Of a stretch of DNA of 52,541 nt, positions 18,934 through 28,259 are shown piece after piece. Origin of the DNA: Candidatus Nealsonbacteria bacterium. Its GTDB lineage: Bacteria > Patescibacteriota > Minisyncoccia > Minisyncoccales > DAOVPY01. Made by a program: the position numbers and the translations under genes. Under the pieces are notes generated by a model that was given only the letters and a program-made list of their open reading frames with translations, was not told where the DNA came from and made no database searches. The stretch spans positions 1 to 52,541 of the forward strand of contig DAOVPY010000005.1 of the NCBI GenBank assembly GCA_030628945.1, in the 5' to 3' direction. The stretch's first letter is position 1. Each line of letters opens with the position of its first letter.

Positions 18934-20020
18934 CTATTCTTAGATTAGCATCAACTTCAATATCTTTCCAGTTTTTAATTTTTTTGCGATGAAAACAAGC
19001 CGTAACGCCGACCATGGCGGCGTTATCAGTGCAAAACCTGGAATAAGGAATCAAAAATAAGGAATCAGGAATTTCTTTTTTAATTCTTTGCTGAAATTGC
19101 TTTTGCAATTCCTTGTTTGCGGTAACGCCACCGCCAAGGATAATTGTCCTCGCCCCATAATCTCGGGCGGCTTTTATGGTTTTTTTAAGCAAAACATCAA
19201 TTACTGCCTGTTGGATTTCAACGCACATCTCCCGAATATATTTTATATTTTTCGCTTTTCGCTTTTCGCTTTTCACTTTATACAAGACCGCTGTTTTCAG
19301 CCCTGAAAAACTAAAATCATAGTCCTTGGAATACATCATAGGTCTGGGAAGCTTTGCCCTGTTAAATAATTTCGCCTTTGGCGAAATTGCCGCAAAGCGG
19401 CATTTAACAGGGTGAATTTGAAATTTCCATTGCCGAGCCTGCTCGGCAATGGCCGGTCCGCCGGGGTATTCTAATCCTAAAATCCGGGCCGCCTTGTCCA
19501 GACACTCGCCCGCGGCGTCATCCCGGGTTTCGCCTAAAATTTTGTATTTGCCAATCCCTCGCATTAAAATCAATTGCGTGTGCCCGCCAGAAACAACCAA
19601 ACAAACCGCTGGAAATAAATAGTTTGTAGTTTGTAGTTTGTAGTTTGTAGTTAAAAAATTAACGAGGATATGCGCCTCAATGTGATTTACTGGAATTATT
19701 GGCAAATTTCTTTGACGAGATAATTTTTTGGCGAAATTTACCCCTGTCCACAAACACGGCTCCAATCCGGGACCATTGGTTACAGCAATCGCGTCAATTT
19801 TGGGATTCCGGGCTTGTTTTAGCGCTTTCTTGAAAACAATCGGCAGATTTTTCTGATGTTCTCTTTTTGCCAAAAAAGGATAAATCCCTCCGTATTTAGC
19901 ATGAAGTTTTACCTGCGAAGAAATCACATTCGCTAAAATTCTAAAATTTAACTTCTTATCTCTCTCAACCACGGCAACGCAGGTATCATCGCATGATGTT
20001 TCAATAGCTAGAATTTTCAT
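18920..20020 (-). CDS. tsaD: tRNA N6-adenosine threonylcarbamoyltransferase TsaD
   Basis: ILAIETSCDD, NHIEAH, VSGGHT, DDAAGE, FSFSGLKT, TDNAAM. Confidence 0.97.
   Translation of the reverse strand: MKILAIETSCDDTCVAVVERDKKLNFRILANVISSQVKLHAKYGGIYPFLAKREHQKNLPIVFKKALKQARNPKIDAIAVTNGPGLEPCLWTGVNFAKKLSRQRNLPIIPVNHIEAHILVNFLTTNYKLQTTNYLFPAVCLVVSGGHTQLILMRGIGKYKILGETRDDAAGECLDKAARILGLEYPGGPAIAEQARQWKFQIHPVKCRFAAISPKAKLFNRAKLPRPMMYSKDYDFSFSGLKTAVLYKVKSEKRKAKNIKYIREMCVEIQQAVIDVLLKKTIKAARDYGARTIILGGGVTANKELQKQFQQRIKKEIPDSLFLIPYSRFCTDNAAMVGVTACFHRKKIKNWKDIEVDANLRIDGII
19356..19413. repeat. Family A element in-frame in tsaD
   Basis: Encodes (I)HPVKCRFAAISPKAKLFNR(A) just before LPRPM. Confidence 0.92.
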
Positions 20021-20115
20021 TGCTGTCATTTTACCATTTAAGTTGCTTTTCTTCAATTTTTCCTCTATAATAACAAATAATCAACGATTAGTGATTAATG
20101 ATAAATGATTATTTT

Positions 20116-20187
20116 GACCCCATCGTCTAGTGGTCAGGACATCAGGTTTTCATCCTGAAAACCGGGGTTCGACTCCCCGTGGGGTCG
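20116..20187 (+). tRNA. tRNA-Glu(TTC)
   Basis: TCAGG-TTTTCAT-CCTGA anticodon arm, GGTTCGACTCC. Confidence 0.95.
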
Positions 20188-20192
20188 CTACA

Positions 20193-21789
20193 ATGGAGAA
20201 ATACTATCTCAAAATTGGCAAGGCGTCTGATTTAAAAAACGCGAAAGACAGGGCGCTTTTTAGATTTTTGGAAATTTTTCCCGGGGCCCTCAGCTGGGGA
20301 ACCTTAATCGGACTTGTTATTCTCTCCTGGCTGAAACCGTGTTTTACCGCTGTTTTTATTATTTTTTTTTGTTCTTTACTGGCTGTTCAGGACAATTTAT
20401 TTTTCTTTTCTTCTTCGCGCCGGGTATAAAAAAATGAGGGAGCATGAAAAAACTGATTGGCTGGAGAAATTAAATCAATTATCCTCGCATACTGCGGAAC
20501 AAGCAGTAATCAGCAACCAATTAGGAATTAAAAACTGGCAAGAAATTTATCACTTAATTATTCTGCCGATGTATAAAGAACCTCTGGAAATCGTTCAAGA
20601 GACATTTCAAAACCTTGTAAAAACTGATTATCCCAAGGACAAAATGATTGTTATTCTGGCTCTTGAGGAAAAAGCCGGCAGACAAGCTCAAAAAACAGCC
20701 AGACAAATAGAGAAAAAATTTGGAAGCAAATTCTTCAAATTCTTAATTACTATTCATCCTTGTAATTTAACAGGAGAAATCATGGGCAAGGGTTCAAATG
20801 ACGCATGGGCTTCAAGAAAAGGCAAAGAAATTATTGATAAAATGTCTATTCCTTACGAACGAATTATTGTTTCTTCTTTTGATATAGACACAATTCTCTC
20901 TCCAAAATATTTTAGCTGCCTTACTTATCATTATTTAACCGCGGCAAAACCTTTGCGAAGCAGTTTTCAACCAATCCCGATTTTTTTAAACAATATCTGG
21001 GAAGCTCCTTCGGTCTCCCGGATTTTTTCTTTTTCTTCAACTTTTTGGCAAATGACATGCCAGGAAAGATTAGAAAAACTTCGTACTTTCTCTTCTCATT
21101 CCATGAGCTTCAATGCCCTTGTTGAGGTTGATTTCCGTCAGACCAATGTTGTTTCTGACGATTCAAGAATCTTCTGGCAAAGCTTTTTGAAATATGACGG
21201 GGATTATAGAACCATCCCTTTGTATTATCCTGTTTCTATGGACGCCAATGTCGCCCCAAGCCTTTGGAAAACCCTAAAAAACGTTTATAAACAGCAAAGA
21301 AGATGGGCTTACGGGGTAGAAAATGTTACTTATCTTTTATTTGGATTTTTCAAGAATAAAAAAATTTCTCTGGCTAAAAAAATTTATTTTGGAGCCGTCA
21401 CATTAGAGGGCTACTGGTCCTGGTCAACGAATTCCTTTATTATATTTTTATTGGGCTGGCTGCCTTTGATATTGGGAGGCCAGGAATTTACCCAGACACT
21501 TCTCGCTTATAATCTGCCCATCTTTGTCAGAACTGTTTTATTTATGGCAATGTTCGGTTTAATTAGTTCGGCCGGTTTAAGTATTCTTTTGCTTTCTCCT
21601 CATTCCATAAAGGTTAAACTTACGAAAAGAAAATATTTGCTCTTTGGGCTGGAATGGCTGCTTTTGCCTGTTGTTATGATAACTTTTACGGCCCTGCCGG
21701 CGTTAGAGGCTCAAACCAGATGGATGCTCGGCAAATATATGGGCTTCTGGCCCACTGAAAAAATCCGCAAAAAAAACTCGCAATTATGA
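20193..21789 (+). pseudogene. GT2-family membrane glycosyltransferase split by a frameshift at a T9 tract
   Basis: Removing one T at 20362-20370 joins MEKYY... to the 20434 ORF; FDID, SDD and QQRRW motifs. Confidence 0.75.
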
Positions 21790-21795
21790 TTTTCC

Positions 21796-22113
21796 ATGGA
21801 ATTTTCAATTGACAAATCGCAAGAAAACATTTACTCTTTAATGAGAAGAGCGGGATATGTTTCGGTTGAAAGAAAAAGCCAGTTTAGTTTTATTCGCAGA
21901 ATTGGAACAACGGATTATCCGCGATTTCATATTTATTTAACAGATGAAAAAACATCAAATAAGATAATTTTAAACTTGCATCTTGACCAGAAAAAACCGA
22001 GATACTCAGGCGTACGAGCCCACAGCGCTGAATATGATGGCAGAGTAGTGAAAAAAGAAGCAGAAAGAATTAAAACCTTGTTAAATAGTGCCAAAGGCAA
22101 TTTAACAGGGTAG
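21796..22113 (+). CDS. Hypothetical protein
   Basis: YPRFHIY, LHLDQK, HSAEYDG; C-terminus supplied by a family A element. Confidence 0.75.
   Translation: MEFSIDKSQENIYSLMRRAGYVSVERKSQFSFIRRIGTTDYPRFHIYLTDEKTSNKIILNLHLDQKKPRYSGVRAHSAEYDGRVVKKEAERIKTLLNSAKGNLTG
22075..22111. repeat. Family A element with one internal hairpin
   Basis: ACCTTGTTAAATAGTGCCAAAGGCAATTTAACAGGGT. Confidence 0.85.
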
Positions 22114-22114
22114 A

Positions 22115-22185
22115 GGGCCTATAGTATAGCGGCATTACATCGCATTCGCATTGCGGAAACGGCAGTCCGATTCTGCCTAGGTCCA
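22115..22185 (+). tRNA. tRNA-Ala(CGC)
   Basis: G3:U70 acceptor (GGGCCTA/TAGGTCC), TCGCA-TTCGCAT-TGCGG, atypical T-loop TCCGATT. Confidence 0.85.
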
Positions 22186-22232
22186 CTGGGGTAATAGTTT
22201 TTTGAAAATTTAATAAACCCGGAGATGAAAGA

Positions 22233-23111
22233 ATGAAAGCAAACCTGAAAGAAATAGATATGCATCTGCATTCTAAAGGTTCTGACGGCCAACTTTCGCC
22301 AAAAGCGCTGGTAAAAGAATGTAAAAAAAATGGATTAAAATATATTGCCTTAACTGACCATGAAACCACAGACGGAATTCCGGAAGCAATAACCGCGGCT
22401 AAAAAATTAGACGTCCGAATAATCACGGACTGCAGCGCTGAATTCGCGACGGTCGGTTATAACGGAAAAACAGAACATATTCTTGGTTATGGCATGGACC
22501 CGGAAAGTCAAAAATTAAATTCTTTTCTTATTTCCCGCGGAAAATCAAAAATAGCTTTTGCTAAAAAAGCCATTGAAAATCTAAAAACTCTCGGCTTTGA
22601 AATTTCTTTGGAAGAGGTCTTGTCTCTCAGCCATGGAACTATTGAGGATTTTCATTTGTGGACGGCAATATTCCAAAATCCTGAAAACATTGGGGTTTTA
22701 GAAAGATGGCAGATTGAAACCCCGAAGCAGTTTAATCTGAAATTCTTAAAATCCGGCTTAACCAGCGGAGCAAAAACAAAACCATCAATAAAAAAATTGA
22801 TAAAAATAATCCACAAGGCGGGCGGAGTGGCAATCTGGGCGCACCCATTTTGGAAACGGGATAAAATTCGGAAAATCCAGAAAAAAGCCGTTCTTTTTTA
22901 TAATTATGGATTAGACGGAATTGAGGTTTGTTATTCCCGCCACAGCAAGGAACAGGCGTTGGCTCTCCACCGAATCGCTGATAAATTTTCAATGTTTGAA
23001 ACCATTGGCTCGGATTTTCACGCTTTCAATAGAGAGGGTGAAAACAGAAGAATGGGCAAAGTTCAAATTTATGGAATCGCGCTGAACCTTCCGAATTTGC
23101 TATTTGATTAA
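22233..23111 (+). CDS. PHP domain phosphoesterase
   Basis: DMHLHSKGSDG, LTDHE, HILGY, AHP, GSDFH. Confidence 0.92.
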   Translation: MKANLKEIDMHLHSKGSDGQLSPKALVKECKKNGLKYIALTDHETTDGIPEAITAAKKLDVRIITDCSAEFATVGYNGKTEHILGYGMDPESQKLNSFLISRGKSKIAFAKKAIENLKTLGFEISLEEVLSLSHGTIEDFHLWTAIFQNPENIGVLERWQIETPKQFNLKFLKSGLTSGAKTKPSIKKLIKIIHKAGGVAIWAHPFWKRDKIRKIQKKAVLFYNYGLDGIEVCYSRHSKEQALALHRIADKFSMFETIGSDFHAFNREGENRRMGKVQIYGIALNLPNLLFD

Positions 23112-23120
23112 AAATACAAA

Positions 23121-23147
23121 AAAAAGCTGAGAATTTCTCGGCTTTTT
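23121..23147 (+). terminator. Intrinsic terminator
   Basis: AAAAAGCTGAG-AATTT-CTCGGCTTTTT. Confidence 0.65.
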
Positions 23148-23177
23148 ATATTTTTACAAACAAGGTATTATTAAATA

Positions 23178-23570
23178 ATGGCTGGAACGCGGAAACAATT
23201 AGGCGCGCTCGGCGAAAAAATCGCAACAGATTATCTTGAAAACAAGGGCTATAAAATTTTAGACAGAAATTTCTTTTTTAGAATGGAAAACTCGGCGCTG
23301 GCTAAGGGAGAAATTGATATTATTGCCAAAAAAGAGAATATAATCAGTTTTGTTGAGGTTAAGACCCTTAGCAGCGACAAGGGCTTTGAGCCGGAAGACG
23401 AAGTGGATTTGAAAAAGCAAAGAAAATTAATAAAACTTGCCGAAATTTGGCTTAGTAAAAATAAAATTCCTCTGGACTCAAAATGGCAGATAGACGTAAT
23501 CGCTATAAAAATAAATCTCGCGACTAAAAAAGCGCAAATCAAGCATTTTGAAAATGCTTTACCCCGTTAA
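23178..23570 (+). CDS. yraN: YraN/UPF0102 family PD-(D/E)XK nuclease-like protein
   Basis: LGEKIA, GEIDIIA, FVEVKT. Confidence 0.9.
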   Translation: MAGTRKQLGALGEKIATDYLENKGYKILDRNFFFRMENSALAKGEIDIIAKKENIISFVEVKTLSSDKGFEPEDEVDLKKQRKLIKLAEIWLSKNKIPLDSKWQIDVIAIKINLATKKAQIKHFENALPR

Positions 23571-23571
23571 A

Positions 23572-24762
23572 ATGACTAAAATTTTGGAATTTCCTAAAAA
23601 TTTTTTGTGGGGCTCGGCTACTTCGGCGCACCAGGTTGAAGGGAATAATATCCACAATGATTGGTGGGAAGCGGAACAAACCGGGAAAATAAAACACAAA
23701 TCCGACAGGGCTTGCGATCATTACAATCGTTATGAACAAGATTTTGATTTAGCGAAAAAACTTAATCAAAACGCGCACCGTTTTTCCATTGAGTGGTCTC
23801 GCATTGAACCAAAACAAGGAGAATTTGATCAAAAAGAAATTGAGCATTACAGAAATATTCTTTTAGCTCTGAAAAAACGAAACATCAAATCAGTTGTTAC
23901 TCTCTGGCACTGGACCAATCCTGTTTGGTTTGCTGAGAAAGGCGGCTGGGCAAACAAAAAATCATCTGTGTATTTTGAACGATATGTAAAAGTCATTGTC
24001 AAGGAATTGGGCGATTTAATTGATTTCTGGGTAACCTTGAATGAACCAATGGTTCATATCTGCAACGGCTATTTGCGAGGCAATTTTCCGCCTTTCCAAA
24101 AAAATATTTTCAAAGCGCGAAAAGCTTTTAATAATTTAATAAAAGCCCACCAAAAAAGCTATAGGATTATCCATACTAAATATCCTGAAGCTAAAGTAAG
24201 TATTGCTCAATTAACTAATTATTTTGAACCGGCTCGAAAATGGTGTCCCCTGGAAATTTTTCTTGCCAAACTTTTCCGTTATATTTGGAATTATTGGTTT
24301 TTAGAAAAAATAAAAAAAGAGGTTGATTATATCGGCGTTGACTACTATTTTCACCATAGAATGATTTTTTATCCATGGTTTATAAAAAATCTTAATGAAA
24401 CAACAAGCGATTTGGGCTGGGAGATTTATCCTAAAGGGATTTATTATATTCTTAAAGAACTCCATCAGAAATATCAAAAACCAATTTATATATTAGAAAA
24501 CGGGGTGGCAGACATTGAAGACAAATTAAGAAAAAATTTTATAGAAAACCATCTTTTCTGGATTCATAAAGCAATTCAAGAAGGCGCGGATGTAAGGGGT
24601 TATTTTTACTGGTCATTGATGAGTAATTTTGAATGGGGAAGAGGTTTTAAACCCAGGTTCGGCTTGATTAAAATTAATCATCAAACAATGGAACGCAAAC
24701 CCAGGCCCAGCGCCTTTTATTACGCTCAAATCTGCAAAGAAAACCGCTTATGGTTTGGATAA
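23572..24762 (+). CDS. Glycoside hydrolase family 1 (beta-glucosidase-like)
   Basis: FLWGSATSAHQVEG, RFSIEWSRI, TLNEP, ILENG. Confidence 0.93.
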   Translation: MTKILEFPKNFLWGSATSAHQVEGNNIHNDWWEAEQTGKIKHKSDRACDHYNRYEQDFDLAKKLNQNAHRFSIEWSRIEPKQGEFDQKEIEHYRNILLALKKRNIKSVVTLWHWTNPVWFAEKGGWANKKSSVYFERYVKVIVKELGDLIDFWVTLNEPMVHICNGYLRGNFPPFQKNIFKARKAFNNLIKAHQKSYRIIHTKYPEAKVSIAQLTNYFEPARKWCPLEIFLAKLFRYIWNYWFLEKIKKEVDYIGVDYYFHHRMIFYPWFIKNLNETTSDLGWEIYPKGIYYILKELHQKYQKPIYILENGVADIEDKLRKNFIENHLFWIHKAIQEGADVRGYFYWSLMSNFEWGRGFKPRFGLIKINHQTMERKPRPSAFYYAQICKENRLWFG

Positions 24763-25679
24763 TCGCGGCTATTTTTAGTTATTTTCTTTTCGCAATCACT
24801 GCCTTAGTTGACAGATATCTTGTGAGGGGACCCATTCCATGTCCCAAGATTTACGCATTTTATGTCGGAATTACCAGCGTCTTTGTTTTATTTTTAATTC
24901 CTTTTGCCGATTTTTTGATTCCTTCGGTTAAAGAAATCTGCGTAAGTTTTTTCACAGGCGCAATTTTTATTTTTGCTTTGTTCTGCGCCTTTTGGGCTTT
25001 GCGAAGATTTGAGGCCTCTCGAATAATCCCGGCTGTCGGAGGAATCTTGCCTATCTTCACATTGGGCTTAACTTACCTACTTTTTCAGCAAGAAATTTCC
25101 TGGGGTATTGGAAATTTCTTCTCTTTTGCCCTCTTAATATCAGGCAGTATTTTAATTACCTATAGACCATCCTCTCCCTATATACAAAAAGGAAAACTAA
25201 CAATCCCTAAAAGCTTTCAAATTTCTGTTGTAATAGCCCTTTTATTTGCTTTTTATTTCTTCTTGGCTAAAATGGTCTATTTATCTCAGCCGTTCTGGTC
25301 CGGATTTATCTGGATACGTTTTGGAATATTTTCAACTGCCCTGTTTTTCCTTTTTTTCAGGGAGGTAAGAGAAGAAATATTTAAAAAACGAATTAGTTTC
25401 AAAATAAAAACAGCAAAGATATTTTTTCTGAATCAATCTTTGGCAGCCGGAGGGACAATGCTCCAAAGCTGGGCAATTGCTTTAGTGCCATTTGGCTTTC
25501 TGGCTTTTATCAACGCTCTGGAAGGAACGCGGTATATTTTTCTCTTGATTTTAACAATTTTAATTTCCTTAAAGTTCCCCAGCGCATTAAAGGAAGATAT
25601 TTCTAAAAAAGCGCTCCGCCAAAAACTTGCGGCAATTTTTTTAATCAGTTTGGGATTAATAATCTTCGCCTTGGTTTGA
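24750..25679 (+). CDS. EamA/DMT-like membrane protein
   Basis: About 10 TM helices in two repeats. Confidence 0.7.
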   Translation: MVWIIAAIFSYFLFAITALVDRYLVRGPIPCPKIYAFYVGITSVFVLFLIPFADFLIPSVKEICVSFFTGAIFIFALFCAFWALRRFEASRIIPAVGGILPIFTLGLTYLLFQQEISWGIGNFFSFALLISGSILITYRPSSPYIQKGKLTIPKSFQISVVIALLFAFYFFLAKMVYLSQPFWSGFIWIRFGIFSTALFFLFFREVREEIFKKRISFKIKTAKIFFLNQSLAAGGTMLQSWAIALVPFGFLAFINALEGTRYIFLLILTILISLKFPSALKEDISKKALRQKLAAIFLISLGLIIFALV

Positions 25680-25685
25680 AATAAT

Positions 25686-25773
25686 CGCTCGGCAGATGAA
25701 AATTTTTAGTAATAGACCCACCCAGACCACCCCATACTGAAAATTTTCATCCGCCTCGCTACTCAATTGAAAA
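25686..25773. repeat. Family B stem-loop element, inverted relative to the 26789 copy
   Basis: GATGAAAATTTTTAGTA...TACTGAAAATTTTCATC flanked by TCGCTCGGC and CCTCGC..CTCAATTGAAAA. Confidence 0.6.
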
Positions 25774-25775
25774 AA

Positions 25776-26819
25776 ATGCTGACAAAATTTATTTTGGGAT
25801 TACTTGTTTTTCTTCTGCTTTTATTTGGCTTCTTTTTTGTCGGTGAGCCACAACAGGCAAAAGAAATCATTTGGGGAGTTAATTTTTCCCAAAAACATTC
25901 TGAAAATTTAGGATTAAATTGGAAAGAAAATTATTTAGCTTTATTAGAGGATTTGGGAGCAAAAAATCTGCGGCTGGCAGTTCACTGGGATTTAATTAAG
26001 CCAAAACAAGGAGAATATAATTTTGAGGATTTGGACTGGCAGATTGAACAGGCAAAAAATCACGATGCAAAAATTATCTTGATAATTGGGATGAAAACCA
26101 CGCGCTGGCCCGAATGCCATTTACCGGAATGGGCAAAAAAATTAGACAAAGTACAACAGCAGGGACAAATTTTAGGCCTGCTGCGAACAATTGTCTTAAG
26201 ATATAAAAATTCTTTGGCTATTGAATATTGGCAAATAGAAAACGAGCCGCTTTTTCCTTTTGGAGATTGCCCATGGAGAGATAAAAAATTTTTAAACGAT
26301 GAAGTGGCTATAGTTAAATATCTTGACCCTCAACAGAGACCGATTATCATAAACACCAGCGGCGAATGGTCTCTTTGGCTCAAGGAAGCAAAAATAGGGG
26401 ATATAGTCGGCACCTCTTTATATAGGAAAATCTGGTTTACCCCCACACTTATAAATAAGTTGTGGGGGGCTCAAGAAATAGGGATGTATATTGACTATCG
26501 ATTTTTCCCGCCAATTTATTTTTGGCGAAGGGCGCAAATTATAAAAAAAATCTTCAATAAAAAAGTAATTTGCGTTGAACTGCAGGCAGAGCCATGGGGA
26601 CCGCTTTTGCTTTATGACTCGCCTCTTGAAGAACAAGAAAAGACAATGAATTTAGAACAATTCCAAAAAAACATTGAATTTGCCAAAAAAACCGGACTTG
26701 ATACATTTTATCTCTGGGGGAGTGAATGGTGGTACTGGCTGAAAACCAATCACAATCAACCTGAAATTTGGAATCAGTCCAAAAAATTATTTTCAAGTGA
26801 GCGAGGGAATGAAAAATGA
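25776..26819 (+). CDS. Membrane-anchored clan GH-A glycoside hydrolase-like protein
   Basis: N-terminal TM, WQIENEP acid/base motif, ELQAEPW, LWGSEWW. Confidence 0.75.
   Translation: MLTKFILGLLVFLLLLFGFFFVGEPQQAKEIIWGVNFSQKHSENLGLNWKENYLALLEDLGAKNLRLAVHWDLIKPKQGEYNFEDLDWQIEQAKNHDAKIILIIGMKTTRWPECHLPEWAKKLDKVQQQGQILGLLRTIVLRYKNSLAIEYWQIENEPLFPFGDCPWRDKKFLNDEVAIVKYLDPQQRPIIINTSGEWSLWLKEAKIGDIVGTSLYRKIWFTPTLINKLWGAQEIGMYIDYRFFPPIYFWRRAQIIKKIFNKKVICVELQAEPWGPLLLYDSPLEEQEKTMNLEQFQKNIEFAKKTGLDTFYLWGSEWWYWLKTNHNQPEIWNQSKKLFSSERGNEK
26440..26468 (+). repeat. Family C element in-frame in the glycoside hydrolase
   Basis: CCCCCACAC-TTATAAATAA-GTTGTGGGGG, within TPTLINKLWGA. Confidence 0.8.
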
Positions 26820-26917
26820 ATTTATTCATTTTCCATTCGCGAGCGAACGCAGAAAATGTATCCTAATGGGACAATTTTCAAGTGAACGAGGGAATGAAAA
26901 ATGAATAAATTCATTTT
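26789..26917. repeat. Family B: two 44-bp direct repeats with internal hairpins
   Basis: ATTTTCAAGTGA(G/A)CGAGGGAATGAAAAATGAAT..ATTCATTTT at 26789-26832 and 26874-26917. Confidence 0.8.
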
Positions 26918-26964
26918 AACATTTTTGACAAACAAACAAAATAATTCTAAAATAAATCAAAAAT

Positions 26965-28227
26965 ATGTCTATGTATGATTTGCCAAAATTTGAAAAGCCG
27001 AATTTTCCTCTTTTGAAATCTCCATCCGGAAAATCCTGCTCCTTTTTTAAATTGGCAATTTTAACAATTTTTATATCTGTTTTTTTCGGTTTTTTAGCCG
27101 GAACTCTTTCCGGCGCTTACTTTTATTTAGAAATAAAAAATTATTTAAGCCAGCTTAACATTGAATTGCCGGAGCCGCAAACTGTTGAAAAAGAAAAAAT
27201 CGTTGAGAGAGTGGTTGAATATATCCCTCAGACATCCCAGGAAGAAGCGATTATTCAAGCGGTGGAAAAAATTTCTCACGCAGTAGTAAGCATTATTATT
27301 ACCAAAGACCTGCCCGCAATTGAAGTCGGAGGCGGAACCGGATTTATTATTTCTAAGAAAGGAATGATTTTAACCAATAAACACGTGGTTTTAGACAAAA
27401 AAGCCGATTATACGGTCTTGATGAATGACGGCAGCAAATTCCCGGCAAAAGTTTTAGCCAGAGACCCTTTCCAGGATTTAGCCATTTTGAAAATTGAAAA
27501 AGAAGAAAAAATAGACGACCAGGGCAACCTTGCTTCAAAATCATTCCCCGTGGCTCAACTTGGCGATTCAGCGAAATTACAAATGGGCCAGACAGTTATT
27601 GCCATTGGCAACGCCTTGGGCGAATTCCGGAATACGGTTTCTGTGGGAGTAATTTCCGGATTAGGCAGAACCATTACCGCGTCCGGAGGCGGATTGGTGG
27701 AAACTCTGGAAGATGTTATTCAAACAGACGCCGCCATTAATAAAGGCAATTCCGGAGGACCGCTTTTGAACTTAAAAGGAGAGGTGATAGGCATTAATAC
27801 CGCCATGGTCCAGGGCGCTCAAAGCATTGGTTTTGCCATTTCAATAAATAAAGCTAAAAAAGACATTAAACAAGTTCAAGAAACCGGCAAAATTTCCTAT
27901 GTTTTTTTAGGAATATACTATACTTTAATTACTGAAAATCTTAAAGAAAAGTATGACCTGCCGGTTGGCTATGGCGTCTGGGTAGGCCGCGATAAGTACG
28001 GCGAAAAAATTGAAGATCCGATTTTCCCGGATTCGGCCGCTGAAAAAGCTGAATTCCGGATAGACGACATTATTTTAGAAATGGATGGCGAAAAAATTAC
28101 TTTAGAAAATTCCTTAGCCAAAGTTATTTCAAGATATAATCCCGGGGATGAAGTGAAATTTAAAATTTTGAGAAACAACGAAGAAAAAATTGTTCCGGTA
28201 ATTTTAGGAGCAAAAAATGGGGGTTGA
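26965..28227 (+). CDS. HtrA/DegP serine protease with PDZ domain
   Basis: TNKHVV, DLAILK, QTDAAINKGNSGGPL. Confidence 0.93.
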   Translation: MSMYDLPKFEKPNFPLLKSPSGKSCSFFKLAILTIFISVFFGFLAGTLSGAYFYLEIKNYLSQLNIELPEPQTVEKEKIVERVVEYIPQTSQEEAIIQAVEKISHAVVSIIITKDLPAIEVGGGTGFIISKKGMILTNKHVVLDKKADYTVLMNDGSKFPAKVLARDPFQDLAILKIEKEEKIDDQGNLASKSFPVAQLGDSAKLQMGQTVIAIGNALGEFRNTVSVGVISGLGRTITASGGGLVETLEDVIQTDAAINKGNSGGPLLNLKGEVIGINTAMVQGAQSIGFAISINKAKKDIKQVQETGKISYVFLGIYYTLITENLKEKYDLPVGYGVWVGRDKYGEKIEDPIFPDSAAEKAEFRIDDIILEMDGEKITLENSLAKVISRYNPGDEVKFKILRNNEEKIVPVILGAKNGG

Positions 28228-28259
28228 CACGCCTTTGAGAAGGGGATAAGGTATTAAAA

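Noticed and set aside
26789-26917. Possible mini-CRISPR array
   Set aside because: Only two 44-bp repeats, no cas genes, and similarity to a dispersed element at 25686
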